A model generated the notes under the pieces. The model saw nothing but the letters and a program-made list of their open reading frames with translations. It had not been told where the DNA came from and did not search any database. The translations under genes and the position numbers were made by a program. Positions 1-12,053 of a stretch of DNA of 64,000 nucleotides are shown here, in pieces. Source of the stretch: Squalus acanthias (taxonomy: Eukaryota); NCBI GenBank assembly GCA_030390025.1, contig CM059432.1, forward strand, positions 85,438,001-85,502,000, read 5' to 3'. Position 1 is the first letter of the stretch; each line of letters opens with the position of its first letter.

Positions 1-220
1 ACACTCTAATCAGGTATTATGCTAGAATATGGAGTTTCAAGTCGATTTAAAACATTCAGTTCAGTACACTTAATGCATTAATCATCTCTCTGTCACCTCT
101 TCCAACATAAAACATGCTGAAAATCCTATTTAAAAAAAATATTTTATGCTAAGTCATTTTCCCATACTAAGTTAATCTTATGCATAGTTATCATGGGAAG
201 AATATTTTTTAGGGTGAAGT

Positions 221-512
221 TTGCCCTCTCATGTGGACGTAAAAGGTCCCATAGTACTATTTTGAAGGAGAGCAAGGGAATTCTCACCTGGCCATTATTT
301 ATGCCTCAATCTCAACATCACTAAAAAACAGATTATCTGGTCATAATCACATTGCTTGCATCGCATTGTGGGAGCTTGCTGTGCGCAAATTGGCTGTCGC
401 CTTTCCTACATTACATTAGTGACTACACTTCAAAAGTACTTCATTGGCTGTAAAGCGCTTAGGGATGTCCTGAGGTCATGAAAGGCGCTATATAAATGCA
501 AGTCTTTCTTTC
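221..512 (+). mobile_element. 5'-truncated Deu-domain SINE (SacSINE1/AmnSINE1-like)
   Basis: Matches the 3' half of the full copies at 23110, 27968 and 55105; ends ...AAAGGCGCTATATAAATGCAAGTCTTTCTTTC. Confidence 0.8.
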
Positions 513-700
513 GTTCCTTCCTCTTTTGTAAATGGAGGTGTCATCTTTTTAATAAGACTTTAAACCAAGTACACGATTGCCTGTCAGATAAGTATAAAAG
601 AGTGTCCTGGTCAATATCTCTCCCTCCACCAACACCACCAAAAGCCAATTAACTGATCACTCAGTGCCCCAAGAATCTGAAACCTTCCCTCCTACACCAT

Positions 701-1398
701 GGCTCCGATATTTACTCGGACCCGTGAAGAGAGCGAGAGGAAGGATTTCCAGATGGGAAACCCAGAAGTACAGGCTTCCCGTATGTCCTGCTGAAACAGA
801 ACATCTTTTAAAGTTTTTTAGCAGATTTCCTGCCCGACAGCCGGCCAGATTGAAAGGCTGGCTGCCTGTTGGGTGGGAAAGCAGCCGTGGAGTGGTGCCA
901 AGTAGAGGAGTCAGGGGGCTGGGGGGAGTCGGAGATTGCGGGGGTTGTAAGGGAAGACAGAGATCGCAGAGGGTGGGGGACTTGGAGATCACAGGAGTGG
1001 GGGGCTCGGAGATCGCGGGGTGAGTAAAGAGGTTAGCTTGTTGGGCCTGGAGTAAACACTCCTGCTCCTCCAGGCCCACAAGCAGTGCTGTAAATGCACT
1101 TACCTCATGGATGTGGCCGTTCTCACCTCCTTTACCTGCTGCATTTCCCAAGCTCCAGGAAATCTGGCCTCCATCGGTTAAAAATAAAAATCCTGTTAAA
1201 GTAGAGGCACACAGCCTCCTTAAAAGCTTTTACTGACCGACCCGGCTCCTGAGAGCGTATTAGTCGCCTGCTTCTCGACCCGCCTCCATTAAAAGTGGGT
1301 GGGTTGGAGCCAGCTTGGGGTCGGGTTTGATATTTTTTTTCATTTTTACTTTCCACCTGCCCCCCAACCCATCTGTCCTTGGGGGTTAAAATTCCCTC
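701..1398. mobile_element. MITE, probably PIF/Harbinger-derived
   Basis: End GGGGGTTAAAATTCCC; colinear paralog at 53149-53821 and opposite-orientation relative at 2239-2963. Confidence 0.6.
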
Positions 1399-1878
1399 CA
1401 CGTCTCTGGCCATCTTTCTAAAACATGCTGTTCAAACACTGGCAAGGGAGTAGCTTGGAAAGAATTAGAGGCCTCTTTTCCATGTGTGCAAACACCCATT
1501 CTAGAGTTGGTGGTCTTTGACTACAGATCCACAGATACATGAAGCAACAGATCTGTTAAGAGGGGCAGGTTTGGGAAAACTGCCACAAGTGACCCTGGGC
1601 TATATTAAGAGCACCAGAGCATAGTACAAACTGTTAGGTCAAAGTGAGTAGACAGTTGAAAATCAGTAGCTAAATTACAATGAGGAATGTGGTATTCCTA
1701 AATTTAGGATACTGGATGAATCAGAATTTTGAGTTTTCCCAACCCAGTCCAACATTACAAGATGTGCCACAGTCCCCTTGATCTGTGCAGGACATCTATG
1801 GAAATGGAGGGAAATGTCAGAACCTCTAAATTCTTAAATTCCAGTTAGTCTGGAGATCTGTCTATTATAAAGCATAGA

Positions 1879-2011
1879 TGCTGGGAATTTCCTCAGGAGT
1901 TCTCCGAATCAGCCACCGTATCTTTGGCGTAAATCTTGTTTATGTGACTATCTGGAGTTTCTGCCAAAGTTACGGCGGGCGATTGGGATAACCCCAAGGA
2001 AACTCCCAGCA
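1879..2011. mobile_element. Short imperfect-palindrome MITE
   Basis: TGCTGGGAATTTCCT...AGGAAACTCCCAGCA, with imperfect self-complementarity along both arms. Confidence 0.55.
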
Positions 2012-2238
2012 AGAGTATCCAAGGGATAGCCCCTAACTGAAACAATAATCATTTAGTCATCAGATAAAAAGTGAGAGCCCATCAGAATGAAAAGACTCCA
2101 TTTTAACCTAATTTGCTGAGTGGGAACAGGGCAGGTTCAGGCGGGATGCCCAATTCACAACCGATCCAATTTTACTCTCCATTGAAGTTAAAATTGGGGC
2201 TAAAGTTTTTGGTCATATTCTCAACGATAACATGTGCA

Positions 2239-2963
2239 AGGGGAATTTTAACCCCTAAAAACAGCCGGGTTTGGGTCGGGTGGAATGTTAAAATGTTAAA
2301 AATCTGAATCCCGACCCCAACCCGCCTCCAACCCGTCCACTTCGGGCAACCAACCTGCTCCCAGGAGTGGAGTTGGAAATTTAAATATTATAATGAGGAT
2401 ATGTGCCTCATGTTTAACCACCATTTAAAATTTAACCCTGCTAAAGGGAGGTAAAGACTGCTGGATCTAGGAGGTAAGGGCCTTTCCACTTACTTGATAG
2501 ATCCAGTTTACCTGCTTCACCCATCCCCTGCGATCGGACTTCCCCCCCCCACCATTTCAATCTCCCTCACGAGGCCCCCGATCTCCCCCATGAGGCCTCC
2601 GATCTCCCCCACGAGGCCTCCGATTTCCCCCACGAGGCCTCCGATCTCCTCCATGACTCTTCTGATCTCCCCCCACCCGACGCCTCCGATCTCTCCTCCA
2701 CCCACCCCGACGCCTCCAATCTCCTCCGCTACCAACCCTTCCGAACTCCCCCAAGGCCTCCGATCCCTCCCTCCTCTTTGCTCCCCAACTGCAGGCCTGG
2801 TGCTGAAGGCCTACCCGTCCGACAGACAGCCAGCCTCTCAATCTGGCTGGCTGTGGCCAGGAAACTAAGACAAAAAATGTTAATCAAGTCCTGCCATTAA
2901 GTTCTTCCAGGTTTCCCAACCTCAAAGCAGCTCGCTCCTTGCCTCCGAACTAATATCCAGCCC
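2239..2963. mobile_element. MITE with internal 21-bp tandem repeat
   Basis: Ends GGGGAATTTTAAC / TAATATCCAGCCC; CCGATCTCCCCCACGAGGCCT units at about 2564-2730. Confidence 0.6.
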
Positions 2964-3337
2964 ATGATGTGAGCATGCATTGGGCAATGGCAGACTTAAA
3001 AATATAAAAGTAAAATAGAAATTTGCTCCAGCACTTCAAGAATTTGCTTCAAAAAATGTTTGCCCATCCCTGTTTGTTATTTCAGTGCCATTTTGGGAAT
3101 TCAGGAACAACTCATAGGGAGGAAGGAAAGAAAGAATTTAGTGGTAACACTACGTTAATGAGTACCATTGAGAGACTGCACTTATAATGCTCACGATATT
3201 CCCAGAGAATGGCCATTTTAAAATTGGACAGGAGCAGTACATTAAATTCTATAAATTAGAGTTTGCTATTTTTTCCATTTGTACAAGTGTATAGATCTTA
3301 TGTTTTCATTAAATACCCAGGAATGTAATATACTATA

Positions 3338-4527
3338 CAATCATAGAATGTTTACAGCACAGGAGGAGCACTTCAGCAAGTCCCACTCCCCCGCCCTTTC
3401 CCCATAGCCCTGCAAATTTTTTTCCTTCAGGTACTCATCCAATTGCCTTTTGAAAGCCATGATTGAACCTGCCTCCACCACCCTCTCAAGCAGTGCATTC
3501 CAGATCATAACCACTCGCAGTGTAAAAAAGTTTTTCCTCATGTCACCTTTGGTTCTTCTGCCAATCACTTTAAATCTGTGTCCTCTGATTCGCGACCCTT
3601 CCGCCAATGGGAACAGTTTCTTTCTATCTACTCTGTCTAGACTCCTCATGATTTTGAATACTTCTATCAACTCTCTTCTCAACCTTCTCTGCTCTAAGGA
3701 GAACAACCCCCCAGCTTCTCCAGTCTATCCATGTAACTCAAGTCCCTCATCTCTGGAACCATTCTCGTCAATCTTTTCTGCACTCTCTCTAAGGCCTTCA
3801 CATCCTTCCTAAAGCGTTGTGCCCAGAATTGGACACAATACTCCAGTTGAGGCCGAACCAGTGTTTTATAAAGATTCATCATAACTTTCTTGCTTTTGTA
3901 CTCTATGCCTCTATTTATGAAGCCCAGGATCCCGTAAACTTTATTAACGGCTTTCTCAACCTGCCCTGCCACCTTCAACGATTTGTGGACATATACCCCC
4001 AGGTCCCTCTGTTCATGCACCCGCTTTAAAATTGTACCCTTTAGTTTATATTGCCTCTCATTCTTCCTACCAAAATGTAGCACTTTTCTGCATTAAATTT
4101 CATCTGCCACGTGTCCGCCCATTCCGCCAGCCTGCCTACGTCCTCTTGAAGTCTGTCACTATCCTCCTCACTGTTCAGTATACTTCCAAGTTTTGTGTCG
4201 ACTTCAAATTTTGAAATTGTGCCCTGTACACCCAAGTCCGAGTCATTAATATATATCAAGAAAAGCAGTGGTCCTAGTACAGACCCCTGGGGAACACCAC
4301 TGTGTACCTTCCTCCAGTCAAAAAACAACCGTTGACCACTACTCTGTTTCCTGTCACTTAGCCAATTTCGTATCCATGCTGCCACTGTCCCTTTTATTCC
4401 ATAGGCTTCAACTTTGCTGGCAAGCCTACTATGTGGCACTTTATCAAGCGCATTTTGGAAGTCCATGTACACAACATCAACCACATTGCCCTCATCAACC
4501 CTCTCTGTTACCTCATCAATAAACTCA
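3338..4527 (-). mobile_element. CR1 LINE 3' part (RT C-terminus and tail), degraded
   Basis: ORF pieces [52 protein letters not shown]-type tail. Confidence 0.9.
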
Positions 4528-6620
4528 AACAACAACAACACCAACTTGTATTTATATAGCGCCTTTAACATAGTAAAACGTCCCAAAGCGCTTCACAGGA
4601 GAGTAATAAGACAAAAACTTGACACCGAGCCACATAAGAAATTAGGACAGGTGACCAAAAGCTTGGTCAAAGAGGTAGGTTTTAAGGAGTGTCTTAAAGG
4701 AGGAATGCGAGGTAGAGAGGCAGAGAGATTTAGGGAGGGAGTTCCAGAGCTTAGGACCTAGGCAACAGAAGGCACGGCCACCGATGGTTGAGCGATTATA
4801 ATCAGGGATGCTCAAGAGGGCAGAATTTGAGGAGCACAGATATCTTGGGGGGTTGTGGGGCTGGAGGAGATTACAGAGATAGGGACGGGAGAGGTCATGG
4901 AGAGATTTGAAAACAAGGATGAGAATTTTTAAATCGGGGCCTTGTTTAACCGGGAGCCAATGTAGGTCAGCGAGCACAGGGGTGATGGGTGAACGGGACT
5001 TGGTGCGAGGTAGGACACAGGCAGCCGAGTTTTGGATGACCTCAAGTTTACGTAGGGTAGAATGTGGAGGCCAGCCAGGAGTGCGTTGGAATAGTCAAGT
5101 CTAGAGGTAACAAAGGCATGGATGAGGGTTTCAGCAGCAGGGCAGAGACAGGCAATGTTACGGAGGTGGAAATAGGCGGTCTTAGTTATGCCATGGATAT
5201 GTGGTCGGAAGCTCATTTCAGGGTCAAATATGACACCAAGGTTGCGAACAGTCTGGTTCAGCCTCAGACAGATGCTAGGGAGAGGGATGGAGTCGGTGGC
5301 TAGGGAACGGAGTTTGTGGTGGGATCCGAAGATAATGGCTTCGGTCTTCCCAATATTTAATTGGAGAAAATTTCTTCTCATCCCCTACTGGATGTTGGAC
5401 AAGCAGTGTGTCAATTTAGAGACCATGGAGGGTTCGAGAGAAGTGGTGCTGAGGTAGAGCTGGGTGTCGTCAGCATACATGTGGAAACTGACGCCGTGTT
5501 TTCAGATGATGTCGCCAAGGGGCAGCATATAGATGAGAAATAGGAGGGGGCCAAGGATAGATCCTTGGGGGACCCCAGAGGTAACGAAGCGGGAGCAGGA
5601 AGAGAAGCCATTGCAGGTGATTTTCTGCCTACGATTAGATAGATAAGAATGGAACCAGGCGAGTGCAGTCCCACCCAGCTGGACGATGGTGGAGAGGCGT
5701 TGGAGGATGGAGTGGCCAACCTTGTCAAAGGCTGCAGACAGGTCGAGAAGGATGAGGAGGGATAGTTTACCTTTGTCACAGTCACAAAGGATGTCATTTG
5801 TGACTTTGATGAGAGCCATTTCGGTACTGTGACAGGGGCGGAAACTGGATTGGAAGGATTCAATCATTGCGTTCCGGGAAAGATGGGCACAGATTTGGGA
5901 GGCGACAACACGTTCAAGGACTTTGGCGAGGAAAGGGAGGTTGGAGAGGGGTAATTGCGGCAGATTTGAAGGAGAGCGGGACAGTACCCGAGGAGAGTGA
6001 ACCGTTAACAATGTCGGCTAACATGGGAGCCAGAAAAGGAAGTTGAGTGGTCAGCAGTTTAGTGGGAAATGAGTCGACGGAGCAGGAAGTGGGTCTCATT
6101 AACAGGATGAGCGTGGAGAGGTCAAGAGGGGAGATCGGAGAGAAACTGGAGAAAGATGCGAGTTCAGGGCTAGGGCAGGGGTGAACCTTAGAGGAAGTTT
6201 GGCCCGGTGGGCTAGGGGAAGGAAGGGAAGTGGCAGAGGCAACTGATCGAATGGTCTCAATCTTAGAGACAAAGAAGTCCTTGAGCTCCTCGCACTTCAT
6301 ATTGGAGGAGACAGGGAAAAGGGGTTTAAGAAGACGGTTAGCAGTAGAAAATAGTAGCCGGGGGTTATCGTTGCATTCCAGAATGATCCTGGAATAGTGG
6401 CAGACAAGAGTAGGACCCGATAATGCTTTATGTGGTCCAGCCAGATCTGGCGATGAATGGCTAAACCAGTTGTCTGCCATATCGTTCAAGTCTGCATCCT
6501 TTGGACTTGAGGGAGCGAAGATGTGGGCCTTACCAGGGGGACTGGCCAGGGTGGGAGAGTGTAATGGTTTTAATAGGGACTAGGGCATCAAAGGTGCTGG
6601 TGAGGGTGTGGTTGAGCATG
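4528..6620 (-). mobile_element. L2-clade LINE (degraded ORF2 RT) adjoining/interrupting the CR1
   Basis: HSTEMALIKVTNDIL, LLDLSAAFD, GVPQGSILGP, LNIGKTE, LHWLPVKQ; (GTT)n tail at about 4528-4545. Confidence 0.9.
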
Positions 6621-6757
6621 CAATGGTATTACCATCGCCGAATCCCCCACTATCAACATCCTGGGGGTCACCATTGACCAGAAACTTAACTGGACCAGCC
6701 ACATAAATACTGTGGCAACAAGAGCAGGTCAGAGGCTGGGTATTCTGTGGTGAGTGA
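6621..6757 (+). mobile_element. Fragment of the third LINE family (same as 16860-17692)
   Basis: Closely matches about 17005-17122. Confidence 0.75.
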
Positions 6758-7530
6758 TGGGACCCGTATCCTAGCGGAAAGGGTAAATAGGGAAGTGGCA
6801 AAGGCTTTAAACTAGTAAGATGGGGAGAGGGAACTACAAGAAATGGAACCAGCCTAAATATAAACAAAACAGGAAAAGAGAACATCGGAAAAAATAAAGT
6901 AAGGGAGGACATTCATGGCAAGGGAATAAATAGAGTTATTGAACAGAAGTCTAAAAAGATGGTTAAACATAAAGTGAGAGGAAATCCTATTAAAAATGAG
7001 TTAAACTGTCTGTACAGCAATGCACACAGTGTCCGTAATAAAACAGGAGAGCTGGAGGCAATCATATGTTGCGAGGAACCAGACATAGTAGGGATTACTG
7101 AGACATGGCTACAGAAAAATCAGGACTGGGAATTAAACATTGCAGGGTATAACATATTTAGAAAAGATAGGGAGGGAAAAAGGAAAGGTGGAGTAGCTGT
7201 ACTTATTAGGGATAACGTAATGGCAGTGGAAAAAAGTGACACAGATATCAGCAAGACAAAAATAGAATCCATATGGATAGAGATAAAAGATAATAAAGGA
7301 TCGATTGCACTAATAGGCGTAGTCTACAGACCACCTAATAGTGGAAGGGAGGTGGAGGAAGAAATATGCAGACAAATTAGGGAAATGAGTAAAAAACATA
7401 GAATAATAATCATGTGGGATTTCAACTACCCCGATATTAATTGGACAGAAGTAGGTAAAGGGGATAAGGGAATGGAGTTCCTACAATGTGTACAGAACTC
7501 CTTTCTAACCCAATATGTAAAAAGCCCTTG
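6758..7530 (+). mobile_element. CR1 fragment: ORF1 end, junction and ORF2 apurinic-like endonuclease
   Basis: ORF1 end ...KALN*; LYSNAHSVRNK, GITETW, GVVYRPP, DFNYP. Confidence 0.85.
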
Positions 7531-8545
7531 CCACCAGGGATTGCAAGACCACCTCAGGAGGAGGAAGAGGGAGAAGAGGACGAGGACAAGGAGGAAGAGG
7601 AAGACGAGGAGGAGGAGGAGGAACAGGAGCGAGGGAGGAGGCAGCCATTCACTCGGCCTTCCAGAAGGGCGGTCCATGACCGCCTCATCAGACTGCGGTT
7701 CCAATAAATTAAACCCCAGATCCCTGTTGCTCACCACATCCCCATCATTCCTTCCCTGTCGCAGGCCACATCACAGCGCAAAGCTGAAATGAGAGACACC
7801 ACAAAATCATCAAGGCCAATTAATAAATTTATCAATAATCAGTGAACACATATTTACAACAACAATATTAACTATTCACCCTTGTGCAATCCCTTAGTGC
7901 CCCTCATTACAGTGCCTTTGCCTTCTCTACTGCTCCTACGAAGTGTTGACCCAGTGGCTGCAGCATGGCAGGTGGAAGGCTGCTGAGTGTCCATGCGGGA
8001 GACTGCAGATAGCCTTGCAGGACAGCAGCTTCCTGCTCCATTGACCCACTGCTACTCCCCCGGGGCAGCACCTCAGCATCACTACCAATCTGCTGGAGCA
8101 CAGATTGCTGGCCTGCTGCAACACCGGGAAAGCCCCGGTCGACGGTGGTCGACCCAGCCATGATGGCAACAGTCAGAGCTTGTGTGGCATCAAGCTGAGA
8201 CTGCATGACAGCACTAAGACATTGTGTGGCTTCCATCTATGCTGCATTGGAAGCTGCGACATCGCCCATCACACGCGGCATGAGATCCGGGTCGCCACGG
8301 GCTCTGGGAGTCCACCATCCTTTGCAGACTGCAAATGATGGGCTCCATGGTGTGTGCAGAGTTCTGTGCAGTGTTGGAGGTGGACTCCTCCACGCTCCTT
8401 ACCATTGCCGAGAGGATCTCAGGCACCCTTGCCATTGCACCTATCATCTCCGTGTGCATGCCCAGCACCCTAATAAAGGCCTCCCCATCGATGTCCTCAT
8501 CTGAGTCCTGTGCAGCAGAACTCGCGCGCGAACTCGCCCTCAGGA
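7526..8545. mobile_element. Internal Harbinger fragment: acidic transposase C-terminus (+) converging on Myb-partner 3' exon (-)
   Basis: PLPPGIARPPQEEEE...RAVHDRLIRLRFQ* on +; minus-strand peptides similar to those at 39270-40203. Confidence 0.7.
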
Positions 8546-8790
8546 AAACATTACTGACTGACCTGTTTGGACACCATCCACACCTGTGATTGCCGTGATT
8601 ATCTCTCTGCCGAGGTGTGATAAAGGGCAGTTAGAAAGATTAACTGTAATCATCTGGCAGTGTTCTCTGACTATATATGCTGTGCCCATATGCATCTCTT
8701 CACTTCACCTGACAAAGGAGCAGCACTCCGAAAGCTTGTGATTTCAAATAAAGCTGTTGGACTATAACCTGGTGTTGTGCGACTTCTCAC
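8546..8790 (+). mobile_element. Penelope-like element 3' end
   Basis: 3' segment matches about 41025-41110, which follows a GIY-YIG C-terminus. Confidence 0.7.
8705..8741 (+). ncRNA. Minimal hammerhead ribozyme motif, core variant CUGACAA (possibly inactive)
   Basis: TCAC-CTGACAA-A-GGAG CAGCA CTCC-GAAAGCTT-GTGA. Confidence 0.6.
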
Positions 8791-8860
8791 AAGGAACTCA
8801 AGGCATCTGTATATTTTACACCACTATTTGATCATTATTGTTACCTTTACACGATTCATT

Positions 8861-9403
8861 GGGGCCATTTTTCGTTCCTGCCAATGTTCGACCTGCCGTG
8901 ATTTTGGAGCAGGCTGGTAAACAGGCAAGCAGCACTCCTGCCCAAAACAGACAGAAACCTACTTAAAATATGCAAACCAGAAGCCTGCGCATATGTAGGA
9001 CCCCGATCAGTGCTCCACCCAATGGAACTGAATGTTGAACAGCTGAACCAGCAGTCCTTAAAGGGACCACTGCAGGTTGCTCCAAAAACATAAAATAAAA
9101 CACTTTGGCACTGATTTTTCTGGGGCCAAGGAAGCATGAATCAAAAGTCTCTCCGTGTCTCCTTCACCCACCAACCCCGCCCCAAAATTGCCACCCCTCT
9201 CTTTAAGGTTCCATTTCCAGCTCAGCTCCATAGAGGAGCTGCTGGATTTCCCATCTCACCTATCGGCGAGCTGCCTGTCAGGCCTTGCTCAGCTCTGCAG
9301 CTTGCCAAAATTATTCTAATGAAACCTGAACTTCAAAATTGGTCGGGCCTTGCACCGATTTCATCAAGCAGGCTCGCAGCACCCGCCCGATGAAATCAAC
9401 CTC
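8861..9403. mobile_element. Degenerate Harbinger-type MITE
   Basis: GGGGCCATTTTTC / GAAATCAACCTC ends; internal motifs (CCTTAAAGGGAC, AATATGCAAA) shared with 54589 and 50548. Confidence 0.5.
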
Positions 9404-10044
9404 ATGGTAATTTACCCCAAGTTTAGCTGTCTGCCCTTAAACAAGTAAATCACTAAAAGGCCTCAGAGATAGTGAGATTTGTCTTCTTTGATCTGAGACT
9501 GTTATATTGTTAGGCAGTTCCTTACAAAACTAAATAAATATTTTGGAAAGAACTGGATTGAGAGTTATAAGAAAAAGTATACATAGGGATGATTAAAATA
9601 CTGCATGGACCACAAATGCACCATAAAAATACCATCCGTCGAAAGCAAGCAATCAGGGTTGAATAATGTAGGTTGTAAAGTTAGACAGATACTCTTGAGT
9701 TATGCTCTGTTATTCATGGGGGCAAAACCTTTTCTCAACGTAGGAACATAATTTTTGAAACAGGAAAAAGTAATTTGGCCGAACAAGCTGTCCCTTTTTT
9801 ATTGAAGTTAAATAAGTTGGATACACTCCATAGACAGATTGTATATGGTCTGTTAGAAACAACAGGCCAAATTCAACTCTCTTGTTTTTGCATTTTTGTA
9901 TTCTTAAACTAGCATTAACTTTTGTAATGTTCTTTTGTAGTCTTCAAGTAGCTCAAGATGCTTTTTATTGTATAACACCTACAAAAATAACTTTAAATTT
10001 ATGTTATAGTGAAAGGAGAGAAATTTACTTTTAAAGACAATAAA

Positions 10045-10578
10045 CGTATAAGAATTACATAGGATTACATAGGATATACGGCACAGAAACAAGCCCTTCG
10101 GCCCAACCAGTCCATGCCTGCGCTTATGCTCCACTCGAGCCTCCTCCCGTCTTTCCTCATCTAACTCTATCAGCATAACTCTCTATTCCCTTCTCCCTCA
10201 TATGCTTGTCTAGCCTCCCCTTAAATGCATCTATACTATTCGCTTCAACCTCTCCCTGTAGTAGCGAGTTCCACATTCTCACCACTCTTTGGGTAAAGAA
10301 GTTTCTTCTGAATTCCTATTGGATTTCTTGGTGACTATCTTATATTGATGGCCTCTAGTTATGCTCTTCCCCACAAGTGGAAACATTCTCTCTGTATCCA
10401 CTCTATCAAAACCTTTCATAATTTTAAAGACCTGTATTAGATCACCCCTCAGCCTTCTTTTTTCAAGAGAAAAGAGACCCAGCCTGTTCATCCTTTCCTG
10501 ATATGTATACCCTCGCATTTCTGGTATCATCCTTGTAAATCTTCTCCGTACCCTCTCCAGTGCCTCTATATCCTTATA
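10045..10578 (-). mobile_element. CR1 LINE 3' fragment
   Basis: YQERMNRLGLFSLEKRRLRGDLI; short tandem tail. Confidence 0.85.
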
Positions 10579-11280
10579 TCTGCCGTAAATGAAATCTCAG
10601 CTAAGTATTTTATTTTTTGCTTCTGTTGATACTTTGCTTAGCTTTTTCTGTCTTCTTTGACAGTCAACATCTATATGCATGGCATAATTCATTAACTAAC
10701 CAAGAGCAGGACTATCCAAAGATGACTGAATTAGTACTTTAAATAAGATAAAGCTGCTCTTATTGTTGACTGAGTGATTTCTCACACTGCCCTTCATTTC
10801 TGGGCACCAGGACTCAATTTGATCCCTGATTGATGGATGAAAGCCTCATCTCTCTTTATAAGAATTCTATGCGATGGGAACTTGGGTAAATTCAACGGAG
10901 TTCCACTGGTCACAGGTACTTAGAACAGAACCTCCCATGATTTAGCATAAATTGGTGTAAAATTAGCTGCCTCCTTCAGAGAGGCTACAAAGATGGTTAT
11001 TGTGGAAATGAAGAATTTCATACTGGTAAAGTGAGAAGCTAAGGACAAGGCACATTGATACTCATTCTAAGTCCAAACTTATCAGGTTTGTGTTTCTTAA
11101 TTTATTGTATGAAAACAGTCATGAAAAGTCTACTCTTCAATCATCAGATAAAGAAATGATCCATTTTCTTGCAGCTTCCAAGATAAAAATGTAAGATTTG
11201 GCCAAATTTATGTGAATATTCAGTTTCTTCATCAAAGCTACATTACAGAAATTCACAATTTACGAGCTACCAAATCCTTT

Positions 11281-12053
11281 GGGGGAAAAATTCAGCTGCT
11301 TGCGCCTCCCGTTAGCGCCTTAAGAGGGCGCTAATGGGGCGTAAAGCAGCTAACGCCCGGGCGCAGCGCCGCCCACGCCTCCCGAAAAATTTAGTGGGAG
11401 GTTAGCGGCGGCGGCAGCCGGTAGCGCCCTGTGGCGCTGCGCCGCCGGCGATGACGTCATCGCCGTGCGCAGCACCCCGCTCGCGCCCCGGCCGTGATCT
11501 TCAGTCGCGCCCCCTGATTTACCGCCAGACGCTATGTCCGACGGGTTCAGGGAGGCGTACGTGCGGCCGGGGCGGCGATATTTAAAGGGGAGGTGGCAGG
11601 CGGCCATTTTTGTTGCTGGCCGCCTGCCAGCACCTGCCCCCGTTGCTGTCCCCGGCCCCCGTGAAGCCCCCCCACCATGAAGTGCCGGCTGCGCTCCAAG
11701 AGCCCGGCACTTCTCTTGAGTGCCGGGCTCTTTTGCCGGCACTCCCGATCCCTGGGAGCCCAGCTGGGCCCCGGTTCGCGCTGCGCAGGGTCCCTCCCCT
11801 TTAAGAAGGGGAGGAAGGCCTGCAATACCGCGGCGCAACGTGCCGCAGCGCATGGCGCTGCGGCACGTAGCGCCAGGATATTCACTCGCAGCGCCCCAAG
11901 AGGGATGCGGGGTGCTTCCAGTGGCGCCCCGCTTCCCTCTTGGGGCGCAACCACTGAAGTTCCGGCGCGGGGCCGCTAATTTTTTCGGGGCGCTAAAAGT
12001 CGCGCCCCGGCGAGGTTAGCGCCCCAAATGGGGCGCGACCTAATTTCTACCCC
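11281..12053. mobile_element. GC/CpG-rich Harbinger-type MITE
   Basis: TIR GGGGGAAAAATT / AATTTCTACCCC, TTT on both flanks; paralog at 47433-47947. Confidence 0.8.

Noticed and set aside
2494..2868. Pro-rich and Gly-rich ORFs
   Set aside because: Translations of a 21-bp repeat inside a MITE.
6959..7792. Endonuclease fused to an Arg-rich tail
   Set aside because: Rearrangement junction between CR1 and an off-frame Harbinger acidic tail.
11350..12019. Five overlapping ORFs
   Set aside because: Stop-poor GC-rich MITE sequence with no recognisable domain.
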